IMG/VR virus record: IMGVR_UViG_3300045988_076504
Location: 32,001 to 96,000 of that record
Direction: 5' to 3' (one strand)
Length of the DNA: 64,000 nucleotides
Origin: a virus
A model generated the notes under the pieces. It had not been told where the DNA came from and searched no databases. It saw only the letters and a program-made list of their open reading frames with translations. The translations under genes were made by a program, and so were the position numbers. Below, piece by piece: positions 49,603 to 58,369 of the stretch. The first letter of the stretch is position 1. Each line of letters opens with the position of its first letter.

Positions 49603-49828
49603 GTATATATAAACATTCTTCCCCTGATATAACCACATGCATCAGAACACATCCAAGATACGCTTGGAAACAGGGCTAGACTTACATCGATTAGAAAGCC
49701 TGTGTGTTACGTTGCTCCTCACGTCGACTTTATAGAGCTTCCTATGGAGTGGTAGGAGGTTACGATCCTCCCAAAGTTCATATTTACCACTCTTAGTTGA
49801 CTGGAGTCAACACTCCACCAGATCTGCA

Positions 49829-50443
49829 TTAGAAGGGCAGATCATCCTTTTTCTCTTCTACAATAGTATTGTCCGGGGTACTGTGTACATCATTTTCTGA
49901 TACAGCAAGCGGATCGACAGACTTTTCATCGTCTACCTTGAATTCTGGTCTGACAGTTTTGTCACGACCTGTTAATACTATTTGAGTTTCTTTTACGTCC
50001 ATTGGTTCTACAAATGTACCATATGCTGATACACGAATAAAACCTTTGTTATCGTACGTTGTTTTAAGACGTAGAAGCTTCTTTCCTCCAATAACTGAAT
50101 CAAGCTTAGATTTAACCCAATTTATCATGTCAGAGAATGTATTAAGTTCTACATCTTCGATAGAGTCGAAATAACATTTGAGAATCTGAAGCATTCGTCC
50201 AAACTGCTGATTATCACGACGTTGTAGATCTTCGTCAGTTTTAATCCACTGGTTCTTCTCGTTCTTCCACTCTGTGAGAGAAGCTGTTGCTCCATTAGCA
50301 TCCTCAAATGTTATCTCCAAGTAATCACGACCGGTTGGAGATTTCATGACATTTACTTCTTTAAGAGTTACATTGTCATTAATTCCGGCATTCATATATT
50401 TATTTGATGAACTTTCAAATACGGCTGTTTTAGTACTAAACAT
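49829..50443 (-). CDS. Single-stranded DNA-binding protein
   Basis: 204 aa. The acidic C-terminus ends ...EEKKDDLPF, matching the bacterial SSB tip motif DDDIPF. Sits in the replication module. Confidence 0.65.
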   Translation of the reverse strand: MFSTKTAVFESSSNKYMNAGINDNVTLKEVNVMKSPTGRDYLEITFEDANGATASLTEWKNEKNQWIKTDEDLQRRDNQQFGRMLQILKCYFDSIEDVELNTFSDMINWVKSKLDSVIGGKKLLRLKTTYDNKGFIRVSAYGTFVEPMDVKETQIVLTGRDKTVRPEFKVDDEKSVDPLAVSENDVHSTPDNTIVEEKKDDLPF

Positions 50444-50451
50444 ATCTTCTA

Positions 50452-51201
50452 TTAGTTTTCTGATTTATAAATTCTGTCCCAATAAGTTGTGATAGTTCCA
50501 TCTTCATTACCAGTAGCAATGATGATGTCTTTACCTCTCAAGTGAGGTGCTCTAGCTTCTTTGATGGTTCCATCTCCACCTTTGAAGCTTATATGAGTCT
50601 CGTTACCTTTTCTATAAACATATCCTACAGCATCAGCTTCACCACATACAATAGAACCAAGTTTTCCAACAAGGTCTAGTGCCATTTGACTAAGCTCTTC
50701 GCCATTCTGTTCTATTTGAACATCTTTAACATGTCCAATCAGAACAAACTCGTCACAAAGACTTTTAAACATATCTAAAACTTTGCGTACAGCTTGTCTT
50801 AGATACATATATCCAGAACCGTTTGGCAAAGTGCGTACATCGTCTCCTTTGTAGTTCTTGCCCATTGGTGTTTGGCAATATAAAGTCTTCGCATACGACA
50901 AACACATCTCCTCTAATCGAGTAGCGTTGTCTATAGTAATACGTCTATAAAAATTATGTCCGGCTTCTGAGTTTTTAGCTCGGATAGCTTGTGCAATTTC
51001 TCCTAAATCTTTAACACTTCTAGCTTGTACAGCCATAGCGTCTATAAACTGGGACCCACCTTCCAAATCTATAATTAGATTACTAGAAAGTTGTGCTAAT
51101 GCACTAGTCTTTCCTGCTTTGGGACGACCGTACAAGATTAAAAATTTCGGATTAGTTGAAACTGCTGGTATTGGTTGTGTAGGTAATATTAAACCGCTCA
51201 T
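50452..51201 (-). CDS. AAA_24/Sak4-like RecA-fold ATPase
   Basis: Walker A ILYGRPKAGKTS followed by IIDLEGG. 249 aa, typical of phage AAA_24 ATPases. Confidence 0.75.
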   Translation of the reverse strand: MSGLILPTQPIPAVSTNPKFLILYGRPKAGKTSALAQLSSNLIIDLEGGSQFIDAMAVQARSVKDLGEIAQAIRAKNSEAGHNFYRRITIDNATRLEEMCLSYAKTLYCQTPMGKNYKGDDVRTLPNGSGYMYLRQAVRKVLDMFKSLCDEFVLIGHVKDVQIEQNGEELSQMALDLVGKLGSIVCGEADAVGYVYRKGNETHISFKGGDGTIKEARAPHLRGKDIIIATGNEDGTITTYWDRIYKSEN

Positions 51202-51240
51202 GTATCTATGTATCTTATTTGTTAGTTCGTTTGTTTACAA

Positions 51241-51696
51241 TTACGCTGCATGCTTAATATCGATGTAAATATCGATGATGCGCTTACGAGTATCCTCAGA
51301 AAGAAGATCGTAATAAGCCTTTGTAAAGTTGTTAAGAGGTATCAAATCATAACCGATCTGAATCTCGTCAGAGAACATCTTTACTGGCGTTCCGTCGGAA
51401 AGCTTGAAGTCATAAGAAGGCTTCTCACGCTTGTAATCATAAATAAACTTAATAGCATCGAAAATGTCTCCATAATCGATACTGTCATATGTATACGTTT
51501 TCTTCGGCTTGCGAGCGATATCAATGTTAATATTAATATTCTTTGCACGCTTCGGAGTCTCCTCAAAGTCTGCAAACCATGGATTATTCTTCTTTATATT
51601 AGAAGATATAATGTCACTAAGAATCTCAGAATAAGTGTTACTGGGATTAATATTCATCTTTGCAGTATTGTCGATCTTAAATGTATACTTTTTCAT
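51241..51696 (-). CDS. Hypothetical protein
   Basis: Intact 151-aa ORF with a TAA stop. The overlapping + strand ORF 51250-51720 is judged a shadow. Confidence 0.65.
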   Translation of the reverse strand: MKKYTFKIDNTAKMNINPSNTYSEILSDIISSNIKKNNPWFADFEETPKRAKNININIDIARKPKKTYTYDSIDYGDIFDAIKFIYDYKREKPSYDFKLSDGTPVKMFSDEIQIGYDLIPLNNFTKAYYDLLSEDTRKRIIDIYIDIKHAA

Positions 51697-51716
51697 AATT
51701 TTCAGCCTTTAAATTG

Positions 51717-52667
51717 TTAATTATTATCTGATACAACTTCAGACTCTATTAGGTTGTTAAAAGCAAGGTCGTTTTCAAATTCGAGAATACAAGGTTTACC
51801 GGCATCTCTATTTTTCAAGATGTGAATATAAACCTTGTTACAAGTAGGTAAACGATTGGGACCGTACTCTTGTATACCTAATATCTCAGGTCTGTGTATA
51901 ACAAGCACATAATCAGATGCTTGAAATATTGAATCAGACGATGATAAATCGCTTCTCATCGGATAATGTGAAGCAGGGTTGTTAATCCTTTCAGGCTCTT
52001 CAATTCTTCTATTCATCTGTGATAATTGTATTACAGATGTCAATGGTAGTTTTTTAGTTCTAATAAAAACTTCTTGTAAAGCACTTAAAGTTTCTATAGC
52101 ACTACCAATACGTTTAGTCAACAATGTATGATCGTACATGATCACAAAATGTTTATTTTGACCTTTAACGTATTTATTATAAAAGTATTGAATTGTAGTA
52201 TCTATTTGTTCTGGTGTACCAGGATCATCTACGAAGTAGATAGGGTAATTCCTGATTTGATTGGAAACATTAATGACTTGTTCGAATGTAGTGTCATCAA
52301 GGTCCTCTTGAGAACTATACAAATAAGAAGTCGTTTTCCGTAACTTATTAGAAAGCGTTCTTCCGATCTGCCTAAATCCAACCATCTCTAATGAGAACAC
52401 TAAAACAATGATATTTGCTTTAGGATTAATATCAATTAAATCAGTTGCGATAAGGTTAGCAAATGAACTCTTACCGCTTCCAGAAATACCGGCAATTGTA
52501 TATACACAATTTGGTTCAATACCGCCCATACAACACATATTCAACTTCTTCCATCTTGTAGCCAATGAATTTATATCGTGGTTCTTACGAGCCGTAATAT
52601 AGTTGACAGCTTCATCTGTAACTACAGAAATAGGTCGAATCTTTAGGTTAGAATAATTCTGTTCCAT
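51717..52667 (-). CDS. DnaB-family replicative helicase (C-terminal ATPase domain only)
   Basis: Walker A GISGSGKSS, FSLEM, DHTLL (Walker B region) and LSQMNR (compare the DnaB LSQLNR motif). Confidence 0.85.
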   Translation of the reverse strand: MEQNYSNLKIRPISVVTDEAVNYITARKNHDINSLATRWKKLNMCCMGGIEPNCVYTIAGISGSGKSSFANLIATDLIDINPKANIIVLVFSLEMVGFRQIGRTLSNKLRKTTSYLYSSQEDLDDTTFEQVINVSNQIRNYPIYFVDDPGTPEQIDTTIQYFYNKYVKGQNKHFVIMYDHTLLTKRIGSAIETLSALQEVFIRTKKLPLTSVIQLSQMNRRIEEPERINNPASHYPMRSDLSSSDSIFQASDYVLVIHRPEILGIQEYGPNRLPTCNKVYIHILKNRDAGKPCILEFENDLAFNNLIESEVVSDNN

Positions 52668-53217
52668 AACTATGTTGTATGTTTTGCTCGGTATTGTTCA
52701 TTTCTTCGTCTGAGGCTTCCCATTGTCTATCTTGCAACCACCGCCACATTGTTTTCATATAACCCATACTTCCACTTTTCATCTTTTTATCGATTTCAAA
52801 CTGTAAGCATTTGTTAATATGTTCACACATGGCGTTATTACCTCCCGTAAGTATATTATAAAGGTTGCGACATTTGTTTTTATTTGTCCTTAAGAAAGCT
52901 TTACTTCCGTCAGAACGTAAGACATATATAGGATACATTTCATAAAACAAGTCAAATTGGTCTTTAGGAGGTTCCATAAAGACTTTAAGTTTATGACTTG
53001 CTTCATATAGTATAGATTTACTTCTCTCCATCGAAGTAACCAAACCCTTGTCGATTAAGTATAGTATTTCGTCGTCACGCATAAGGCTGACTAACTTGCG
53101 AACGTCTTGATCATATGTACTTTGATTCTTATTCAATACCATACTAAGGAATACTAACTGATTTAAATTGATTTTTTCTGGAAGTTCCAGAAGTTTAGTA
53201 TCTAATTCCACTATCAT
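52648..53217 (-). CDS. Hypothetical replication-module protein
   Basis: Intact 189-aa ORF between the polymerase and the helicase. Overlaps the helicase start. Confidence 0.65.
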   Translation of the reverse strand: MIVELDTKLLELPEKINLNQLVFLSMVLNKNQSTYDQDVRKLVSLMRDDEILYLIDKGLVTSMERSKSILYEASHKLKVFMEPPKDQFDLFYEMYPIYVLRSDGSKAFLRTNKNKCRNLYNILTGGNNAMCEHINKCLQFEIDKKMKSGSMGYMKTMWRWLQDRQWEASDEEMNNTEQNIQHSYGTELF

Positions 53218-53233
53218 CTCTTATACTCTTTGG

Positions 53234-55141
53234 TTAACAAGATTGGAATAAATCTAGCTGTCTACATTCCAGCTGATTTACTATTTTTCTTGCCTCACTA
53301 ATATAGTAAGGGTAGTTAATTTTTCTTTTTTCCACCGGTTTGTCATCCAGTTTGTTTAGAATTGTAACACCGCTTTTCTTCAACAAGTTCGAATACTTAA
53401 ATGGTGTTTTAGATTCATCAACTGTGTACAGATAACAACCGTCTGTACTGGCATACCAACGATTTATACGTTGAATATATTTATCATTATACTCAACTTT
53501 AAATTTCTTATCAACACGCTGTGACATTAGAAATTTATAAATGTCGGTACAGTTTTTGACAGAATCCTCTATAGGAATGTTGTACACAAAGTAGTTTATA
53601 ACAGATTCTGGGATAATGGTCGGTGCTAACCCTTTACCCAATACAGGCTCTGTTATAAACATACCTTTTTTTTCTATCAGTTTTGGATCTCTAGATTGAG
53701 AGAATCCGTCAATAACACCAAAATAATCATTGACAGCGAACTGATAAAACGCTTCATAGCTATCTGCTTCGAAAGAGAGTTTTGTTAATTGCTCAAGTTT
53801 TGCTACCGATTCCATTATAGCATCTTTGTACGCCTTTTTAGCAATAAACATCACACCGTCTGTGTTTACTTGTACAATCTCACAAGAATGCTCCAGAAGT
53901 ATATCTGCAAGCATTAGTAGAATTAATTGCCCGTTTATTCTAATCTTAAACACACTAAATGGATCGTACATCCAACTAGTCTCTTGCTGCATTTTTCCTG
54001 TGACAGAATTAAGAACAAGCTTTAGCGCTAGATTCTTATGTTTCTGTCCGCTATGCTTGGCTTGTATTCTCTCATGATAAATCTGAGTATATACATCCAG
54101 GCCTGCTTTACCTAAGTGCCTAGGAAACCACCCGTAGCGCACAATGAAGGACGGATACATAGAAGCAACATCAAGGTGCCCTAAGTATTCATCTTCTTTA
54201 GGAACGTATATTCTAGGGTCGTTTAGCGAATGTATTCCGCCAACACCTATCGAATACCGTACATTTGAGACAACAAACTTGTTCTCGTAGTTTTTTTCTC
54301 CAGGCCTTTTTATAGAAGATACTACTTGTTTTTTCATATCTTCAAGGGCTTCCTGGAATTTTGGATTTTTGTATTTTATAAATGGTAATATAACATCTTT
54401 CAAAGGAATGTTGTCCATTGGAGATCGCATTTGTTCTAGTTGTCTTTTGTTTATGTGTAATTCTTCACAAACTTTTTTAGCTAGCAATGTTTCTCCAAAC
54501 TTAACACTATCCATTGAAAGTGCATTAAATCCATATTCTTTCTCTATAAACAATCGTAAATCAATGTCTCCTTTTTCGACTAGCTGTGCAAATAATGCAC
54601 AAGTTGATTCCACATCGTTTATATTGTAACTGATCATTTCGTCAATTTTATCTTTCGGTAAAAATGAATTAAAATCACCATTGTATTCTTGCACGTTGTT
54701 GTACTTCATAGTGATTTGCATGGATTTTAATCCTACTCTGAGCTTAGAACTAAACATCATTGTAAGTAAATCCATAGATTCGAAATAATTAGCGTATTTC
54801 CATCGTTTAATCCTATCGATATTTCCGTCTTCCGATATTATCAACGTTTGTGAAAGATTAAATAGCGATTTTGTTATATCATATATGCTTTTATGCAACA
54901 TAATGTCAACATAATCTATGATATAATTTATAATAACATCATCATAATGTTTGTTATTATAACCACATAAGAGATAGTTTTTATTAGTAAAGAAAGCTAC
55001 TAATTGTTCTATCTGATTTATCCTTTCGGATATTTCAAACTTATATAGTTTCTCGTTATCTGTATCTTTTACAACACAATGAAAAACATTAGGAAAAACT
55101 TCAATATCGTAGATCATAACTGTTTTGTTGTGTATTAGCAT
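53234..55141 (-). CDS. Family B DNA polymerase
   Basis: Exo I YDIEVFPN, Exo II GYNNKHYDD, Exo III YNINDVEST. Polymerase motif A DVASMYPS, motif B KLVLNSVTGK, motif C VNTDGV. Confidence 0.9.
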   Translation of the reverse strand: MLIHNKTVMIYDIEVFPNVFHCVVKDTDNEKLYKFEISERINQIEQLVAFFTNKNYLLCGYNNKHYDDVIINYIIDYVDIMLHKSIYDITKSLFNLSQTLIISEDGNIDRIKRWKYANYFESMDLLTMMFSSKLRVGLKSMQITMKYNNVQEYNGDFNSFLPKDKIDEMISYNINDVESTCALFAQLVEKGDIDLRLFIEKEYGFNALSMDSVKFGETLLAKKVCEELHINKRQLEQMRSPMDNIPLKDVILPFIKYKNPKFQEALEDMKKQVVSSIKRPGEKNYENKFVVSNVRYSIGVGGIHSLNDPRIYVPKEDEYLGHLDVASMYPSFIVRYGWFPRHLGKAGLDVYTQIYHERIQAKHSGQKHKNLALKLVLNSVTGKMQQETSWMYDPFSVFKIRINGQLILLMLADILLEHSCEIVQVNTDGVMFIAKKAYKDAIMESVAKLEQLTKLSFEADSYEAFYQFAVNDYFGVIDGFSQSRDPKLIEKKGMFITEPVLGKGLAPTIIPESVINYFVYNIPIEDSVKNCTDIYKFLMSQRVDKKFKVEYNDKYIQRINRWYASTDGCYLYTVDESKTPFKYSNLLKKSGVTILNKLDDKPVEKRKINYPYYISEARKIVNQLECRQLDLFQSC

Positions 55142-55168
55142 GATTCTATGATTCTTATTAATAATGTT

Positions 55169-55262
55169 CCCTATTCAGGACTTGAACCTGATGTCTATCC
55201 ACCGCGAATAATCAAACAAATACTGATACTAAGTTGCCAAAAAGACTGGTTATAGAATAGGG
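55169..55262 (-). ncRNA. tRNA-like T-arm/acceptor element (not a canonical tRNA)
   Basis: The - strand has TCAGG-TTCAAGT-CCTGA followed by ATAGGG, which pairs with CCCTAT 94 nt upstream. I could not fold the 65 nt in between into D and anticodon arms. Confidence 0.3.
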
Positions 55263-55288
55263 TTCCAACCGCGAGATTGGCTTAGGTG

Positions 55289-56110
55289 TTAGATCCACAT
55301 ACCAACACTGGTACCGTTATGACAAAAGACTTTAAGGCAGATGAGGTCATCACCATGGCGATTTGTAGCTTTCTCTTTTAATTTACTAGCGAGCTCCTTA
55401 ATGCGTTTGTCTTTTGTGGTATAATATGAAGGATGTGAATCTATTATATGTTTAGGGTCGTACATATGACCAAATAGTTTCTCATTTATAACAGTTCCGT
55501 CGTCACTATAAAATCTTACAGTGACTATACAACTGTCTTTCGGAGGATATAATGCTGATAAATCCTCACGTATCATCTCTCGTTTTTTGTCTCTAAGGTC
55601 GAGAAAACCTTGTATCAATGTTCTGGGGAATAAATCCTGTTTCAATTCCTCAAATGTAGGCTTGTGTTTACGTTCCCACCTGTCTACTTTATGATTTTCG
55701 AGCATGTGTAAACGTTCAGCATATCCCAATTTAGTAGGTTTGTTTTTCCAAATAGCTTTGATTTCGTCTTTTGTAAGATTCCAAGGTAATTTAAAATTTA
55801 TATCTTTACGAGGTGTAAATACACCGTTGTTTATTCGAGTATAATCTCTAAATACTTTGTTCTTTGCCAACCTGTATCGTATAAATGCACGTATGGCGGA
55901 TGGTGAATTATTCGGTCGTATCTTCTTCAGATACTGCAATCCGTACTTTTTCAGCAGGTCGTACATACCAAGCCTTTCAACATCTATAACGAGTTTTTTA
56001 GCCCTTTCGGTTTTACAAAAGTTGTCAAATTTATTTACTATTTCTGTATTTTTATTTACTTTATCGAGATTCTTTTCTATTGCTGTTTTCTTTTCTTCTT
56101 TCTTTTTCAT
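55289..56110 (-). CDS. Hypothetical protein
   Basis: Intact 273-aa ORF with a TAA stop. Confidence 0.7.
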   Translation of the reverse strand: MKKKEEKKTAIEKNLDKVNKNTEIVNKFDNFCKTERAKKLVIDVERLGMYDLLKKYGLQYLKKIRPNNSPSAIRAFIRYRLAKNKVFRDYTRINNGVFTPRKDINFKLPWNLTKDEIKAIWKNKPTKLGYAERLHMLENHKVDRWERKHKPTFEELKQDLFPRTLIQGFLDLRDKKREMIREDLSALYPPKDSCIVTVRFYSDDGTVINEKLFGHMYDPKHIIDSHPSYYTTKDKRIKELASKLKEKATNRHGDDLICLKVFCHNGTSVGMWI

Positions 56111-56308
56111 ATTGATTATGCTTTTAAGGGGTTATAAAATTGATTCTAAGGCACTTCTCGTGCGTTCTAACGCATTTTGACGTTCGTTGTGAATAACTTA
56201 TCACAAAATGGTTGAAAGTGCCTTAAAATTGTTTATTTTAAGTGTTGCCATAACAGGACCCGACCCTGTGCATCTTAGTGCTGACCATATTCATAAGGCA
56301 TTTTATTT

Positions 56309-56863
56309 TTATGCTATCTTATAGCGATTTATATCATCTATATCAGATGTCTCAAGCTCTGCAGTATCGTTAAATTTAGCAATATCTGCGTCAAGCTTGT
56401 TTATTTCGAGTTGCAGCTTCTTCTTAATAGAAGCAATCTTCGCTGATGTGAAAATCTCAATCTTTCCTGTACCTTTTATACCAGCTTTAGCCTTAGTAGC
56501 AGGATTAATTGTACTCTTCTTGAGAATCTCCTCCCAATGAGCAAGTTGCTCCTTCTTCTCGCATGCAGCATAAATTGTATAATAATGTGTCTTCTTAGCC
56601 TCTTCAAAATCGAACTTCTTGATACCATTATTAATGGCATTCAACATAAGTTTAATCTTAATGAGAGTATCTGACATTTGTGTAATCTCATTATACAACT
56701 GTGTTAGGTCAAAACCTGAACCCATTCCGGCAGTTTTTGCCTTCTTGCTCATTACGTTCTCTGAACGTATAATACGCCAATATTTGGTTTTAGTCTTACA
56801 AATGTTATCACGAGCAATAATAATATCCTTTGAGCTTAATTTCATTGATTTGTTCTTATTCAT
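56309..56863 (-). CDS. Hypothetical protein
   Basis: Intact 184-aa ORF with a TAA stop. Confidence 0.7.
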   Translation of the reverse strand: MNKNKSMKLSSKDIIIARDNICKTKTKYWRIIRSENVMSKKAKTAGMGSGFDLTQLYNEITQMSDTLIKIKLMLNAINNGIKKFDFEEAKKTHYYTIYAACEKKEQLAHWEEILKKSTINPATKAKAGIKGTGKIEIFTSAKIASIKKKLQLEINKLDADIAKFNDTAELETSDIDDINRYKIA

Positions 56864-56966
56864 ACTAGATTTGATTTAAATTAAACATGTTAATATGAAT
56901 TTGAAAAATCGTTTACCTAGCGCCATGTGTGGACTTGCACCACCTGTTATCTATAATACAACATGG

Positions 56967-56998
56967 CAAAACCCTCACTATTCTCACGAACCGTGAGG
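56967..56998 (-). terminator. Possible intrinsic terminator downstream of tRNA-Leu
   Basis: - strand CCTCAC ... GTGAGG stem, with an alternative CTCAC-GGTTC-GTGAG hairpin, followed by GTTTTG. Confidence 0.4.
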
Positions 56999-57054
56999 TA
57001 AATAAAATAATAAAATGAAAACAAAATTAAAACACTCTTACGATTAAAATTTTG

Positions 57055-57138
57055 TACCTCCAGCGGGACTCGAACCCGCACGTCACATGGGACAACAGAT
57101 TTTAAGTCTGTAGCGGCTGCCAATTACGCCATGAAGGT
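57055..57138 (-). tRNA. tRNA-Leu (anticodon UAA, reads UUA), class II with long variable arm
   Basis: - strand: ACCTTCA TG GCGT-AATTGGCAG-CCGC T ACAGA-CTTAAAA-TCTGT TGTCCCATGTGACGT GCGGG-TTCGAGT-CCCGC TGGAGGT A. The acceptor is 7 bp with one G-U pair. CCA is not encoded. Confidence 0.85.
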
Positions 57139-57233
57139 AACGAAGCTGGGATATTAACATGTCCCAACTTTAAGTGAAATATATAGTAATCAATCAAACT
57201 TGTAATTAAACTCCTGTTTAACCTACAAAGAGA

Positions 57234-57761
57234 CTACTCAAAGAAATCCACACCTTTGACTCCAACTCTGATTTCGCACAGAGGATCGCCTGATCCCGGC
57301 AAGCGTGCGATTTTAATACCATCCTTGGATTCAATCTTAATGTGTTTATCTATTTTATCACTAACAGAGAAACCCGTTGTATTTAACGGGCTTTTGACTC
57401 CATACCTTGCGGCATCAAATAAACGATCTACTACAGTGTCATATTCTTCTCGCATTACAGCATTACGTATTACCTCCTCACTCAAGCCTTTGAGTATCAC
57501 ATCGTTGATATTACGTTCCTGTCCTGCAAGAGCTGCAACTGTTTTAATAGCGAAGTCTGCAAAAGAAATAGTCTTTTCATCTCCTATAAGATGATTCCAC
57601 CAAAGACACCCTGTCTTTCCAAATGTGATAGAACCATCTTCATTAATGGATACGCGACTATATAATTCTTTCTTAGACTCGTCAATCAAATTCCGTCTGA
57701 TTGCCGGATCCAAGAATAGAATTTGTATTTGCAGTTTACTTCTCTGACTAATCTTTTTCAT
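57234..57761 (-). CDS. Hypothetical early protein (terminates with TAG)
   Basis: Intact 175-aa ORF. The stop codon is TAG (+ strand CTA at 57234-57236). Codon usage is GC-richer than most of the window. Confidence 0.75.
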   Translation of the reverse strand: MKKISQRSKLQIQILFLDPAIRRNLIDESKKELYSRVSINEDGSITFGKTGCLWWNHLIGDEKTISFADFAIKTVAALAGQERNINDVILKGLSEEVIRNAVMREEYDTVVDRLFDAARYGVKSPLNTTGFSVSDKIDKHIKIESKDGIKIARLPGSGDPLCEIRVGVKGVDFFE

Positions 57762-58369
57762 TAATCAACAGTTACATTTACATGCACCTCGCTCTTCTTC
57801 TGGTCGAGCTGGCGATAATAATCGTTTACTCCGGATATATTCTTGTCGAATGTATCCTGAATCATCTTACGCATCTTCTCAAGATCCTTCGTGAGCTCGT
57901 CGATACGACGCATCTCAGTGGCGTTAGCAGGATTCAATGCCTCAGCAAGCTTCTTTGCATTTGCAAAATAAGTTACTGTAAAATCCTTCTTGTTAAGAGC
58001 GTCTGTCACAGTGTCTGTAGTGACATCCTTTGTGAACTTCTCACTGTCGATTGGACAACGAACCTCTACAGATTCGCCTGAATCATCGACACGACCCCTG
58101 TTGATAACCACAACATTGGTTCCGTCTACATCCTTATCCAAATCGAGACCGATAATGTCGATAGGTACTATCTTATATCGGAATGGTGTGCGGTTTGTTA
58201 CTAATCCGTGATTCTCATTTGCATCGCGGAGCTTCTTGTTAAAATCAAGGTCACATGGTACCTTAATAGCCTTAAAGATTCGCTTACCGTAAAGCGATCC
58301 AAAATTGCTGATATTTACTCTGTTGTCTTCTACAAGTCTTACATTGATGTTTAATGTTTCGTTATTCAT
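57761..58369 (-). CDS. Hypothetical early protein
   Basis: Intact 202-aa ORF. Its TAA overlaps the downstream ATG by 1 nt. GC-richer codon usage. Confidence 0.75.
   Translation of the reverse strand: MNNETLNINVRLVEDNRVNISNFGSLYGKRIFKAIKVPCDLDFNKKLRDANENHGLVTNRTPFRYKIVPIDIIGLDLDKDVDGTNVVVINRGRVDDSGESVEVRCPIDSEKFTKDVTTDTVTDALNKKDFTVTYFANAKKLAEALNPANATEMRRIDELTKDLEKMRKMIQDTFDKNISGVNDYYRQLDQKKSEVHVNVTVD

Noticed and set aside
57055-57138. The only clean tRNA in the window as the amber or ochre suppressor, because its anticodon loop contains TAA.
   Set aside because: The anticodon 5'-UAA-3' pairs with the Leu codon UUA, not with a stop codon. The long variable arm and the D arm fit tRNA-Leu.
7140-57594. 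Antisense or overlapping ORFs in the track, such as 7140-7472(-), 20140-20556(-), 22802-23182(-), 26183-26512(-), 45178-45459(-), 47554-47862(+), 51250-51720(+) and 57256-57594(+).
   Set aside because: They lie entirely inside better-supported genes on the opposite strand. They have low-complexity, Ile/Leu/Phe/Ser-rich translations typical of shadow ORFs in AT-rich DNA.
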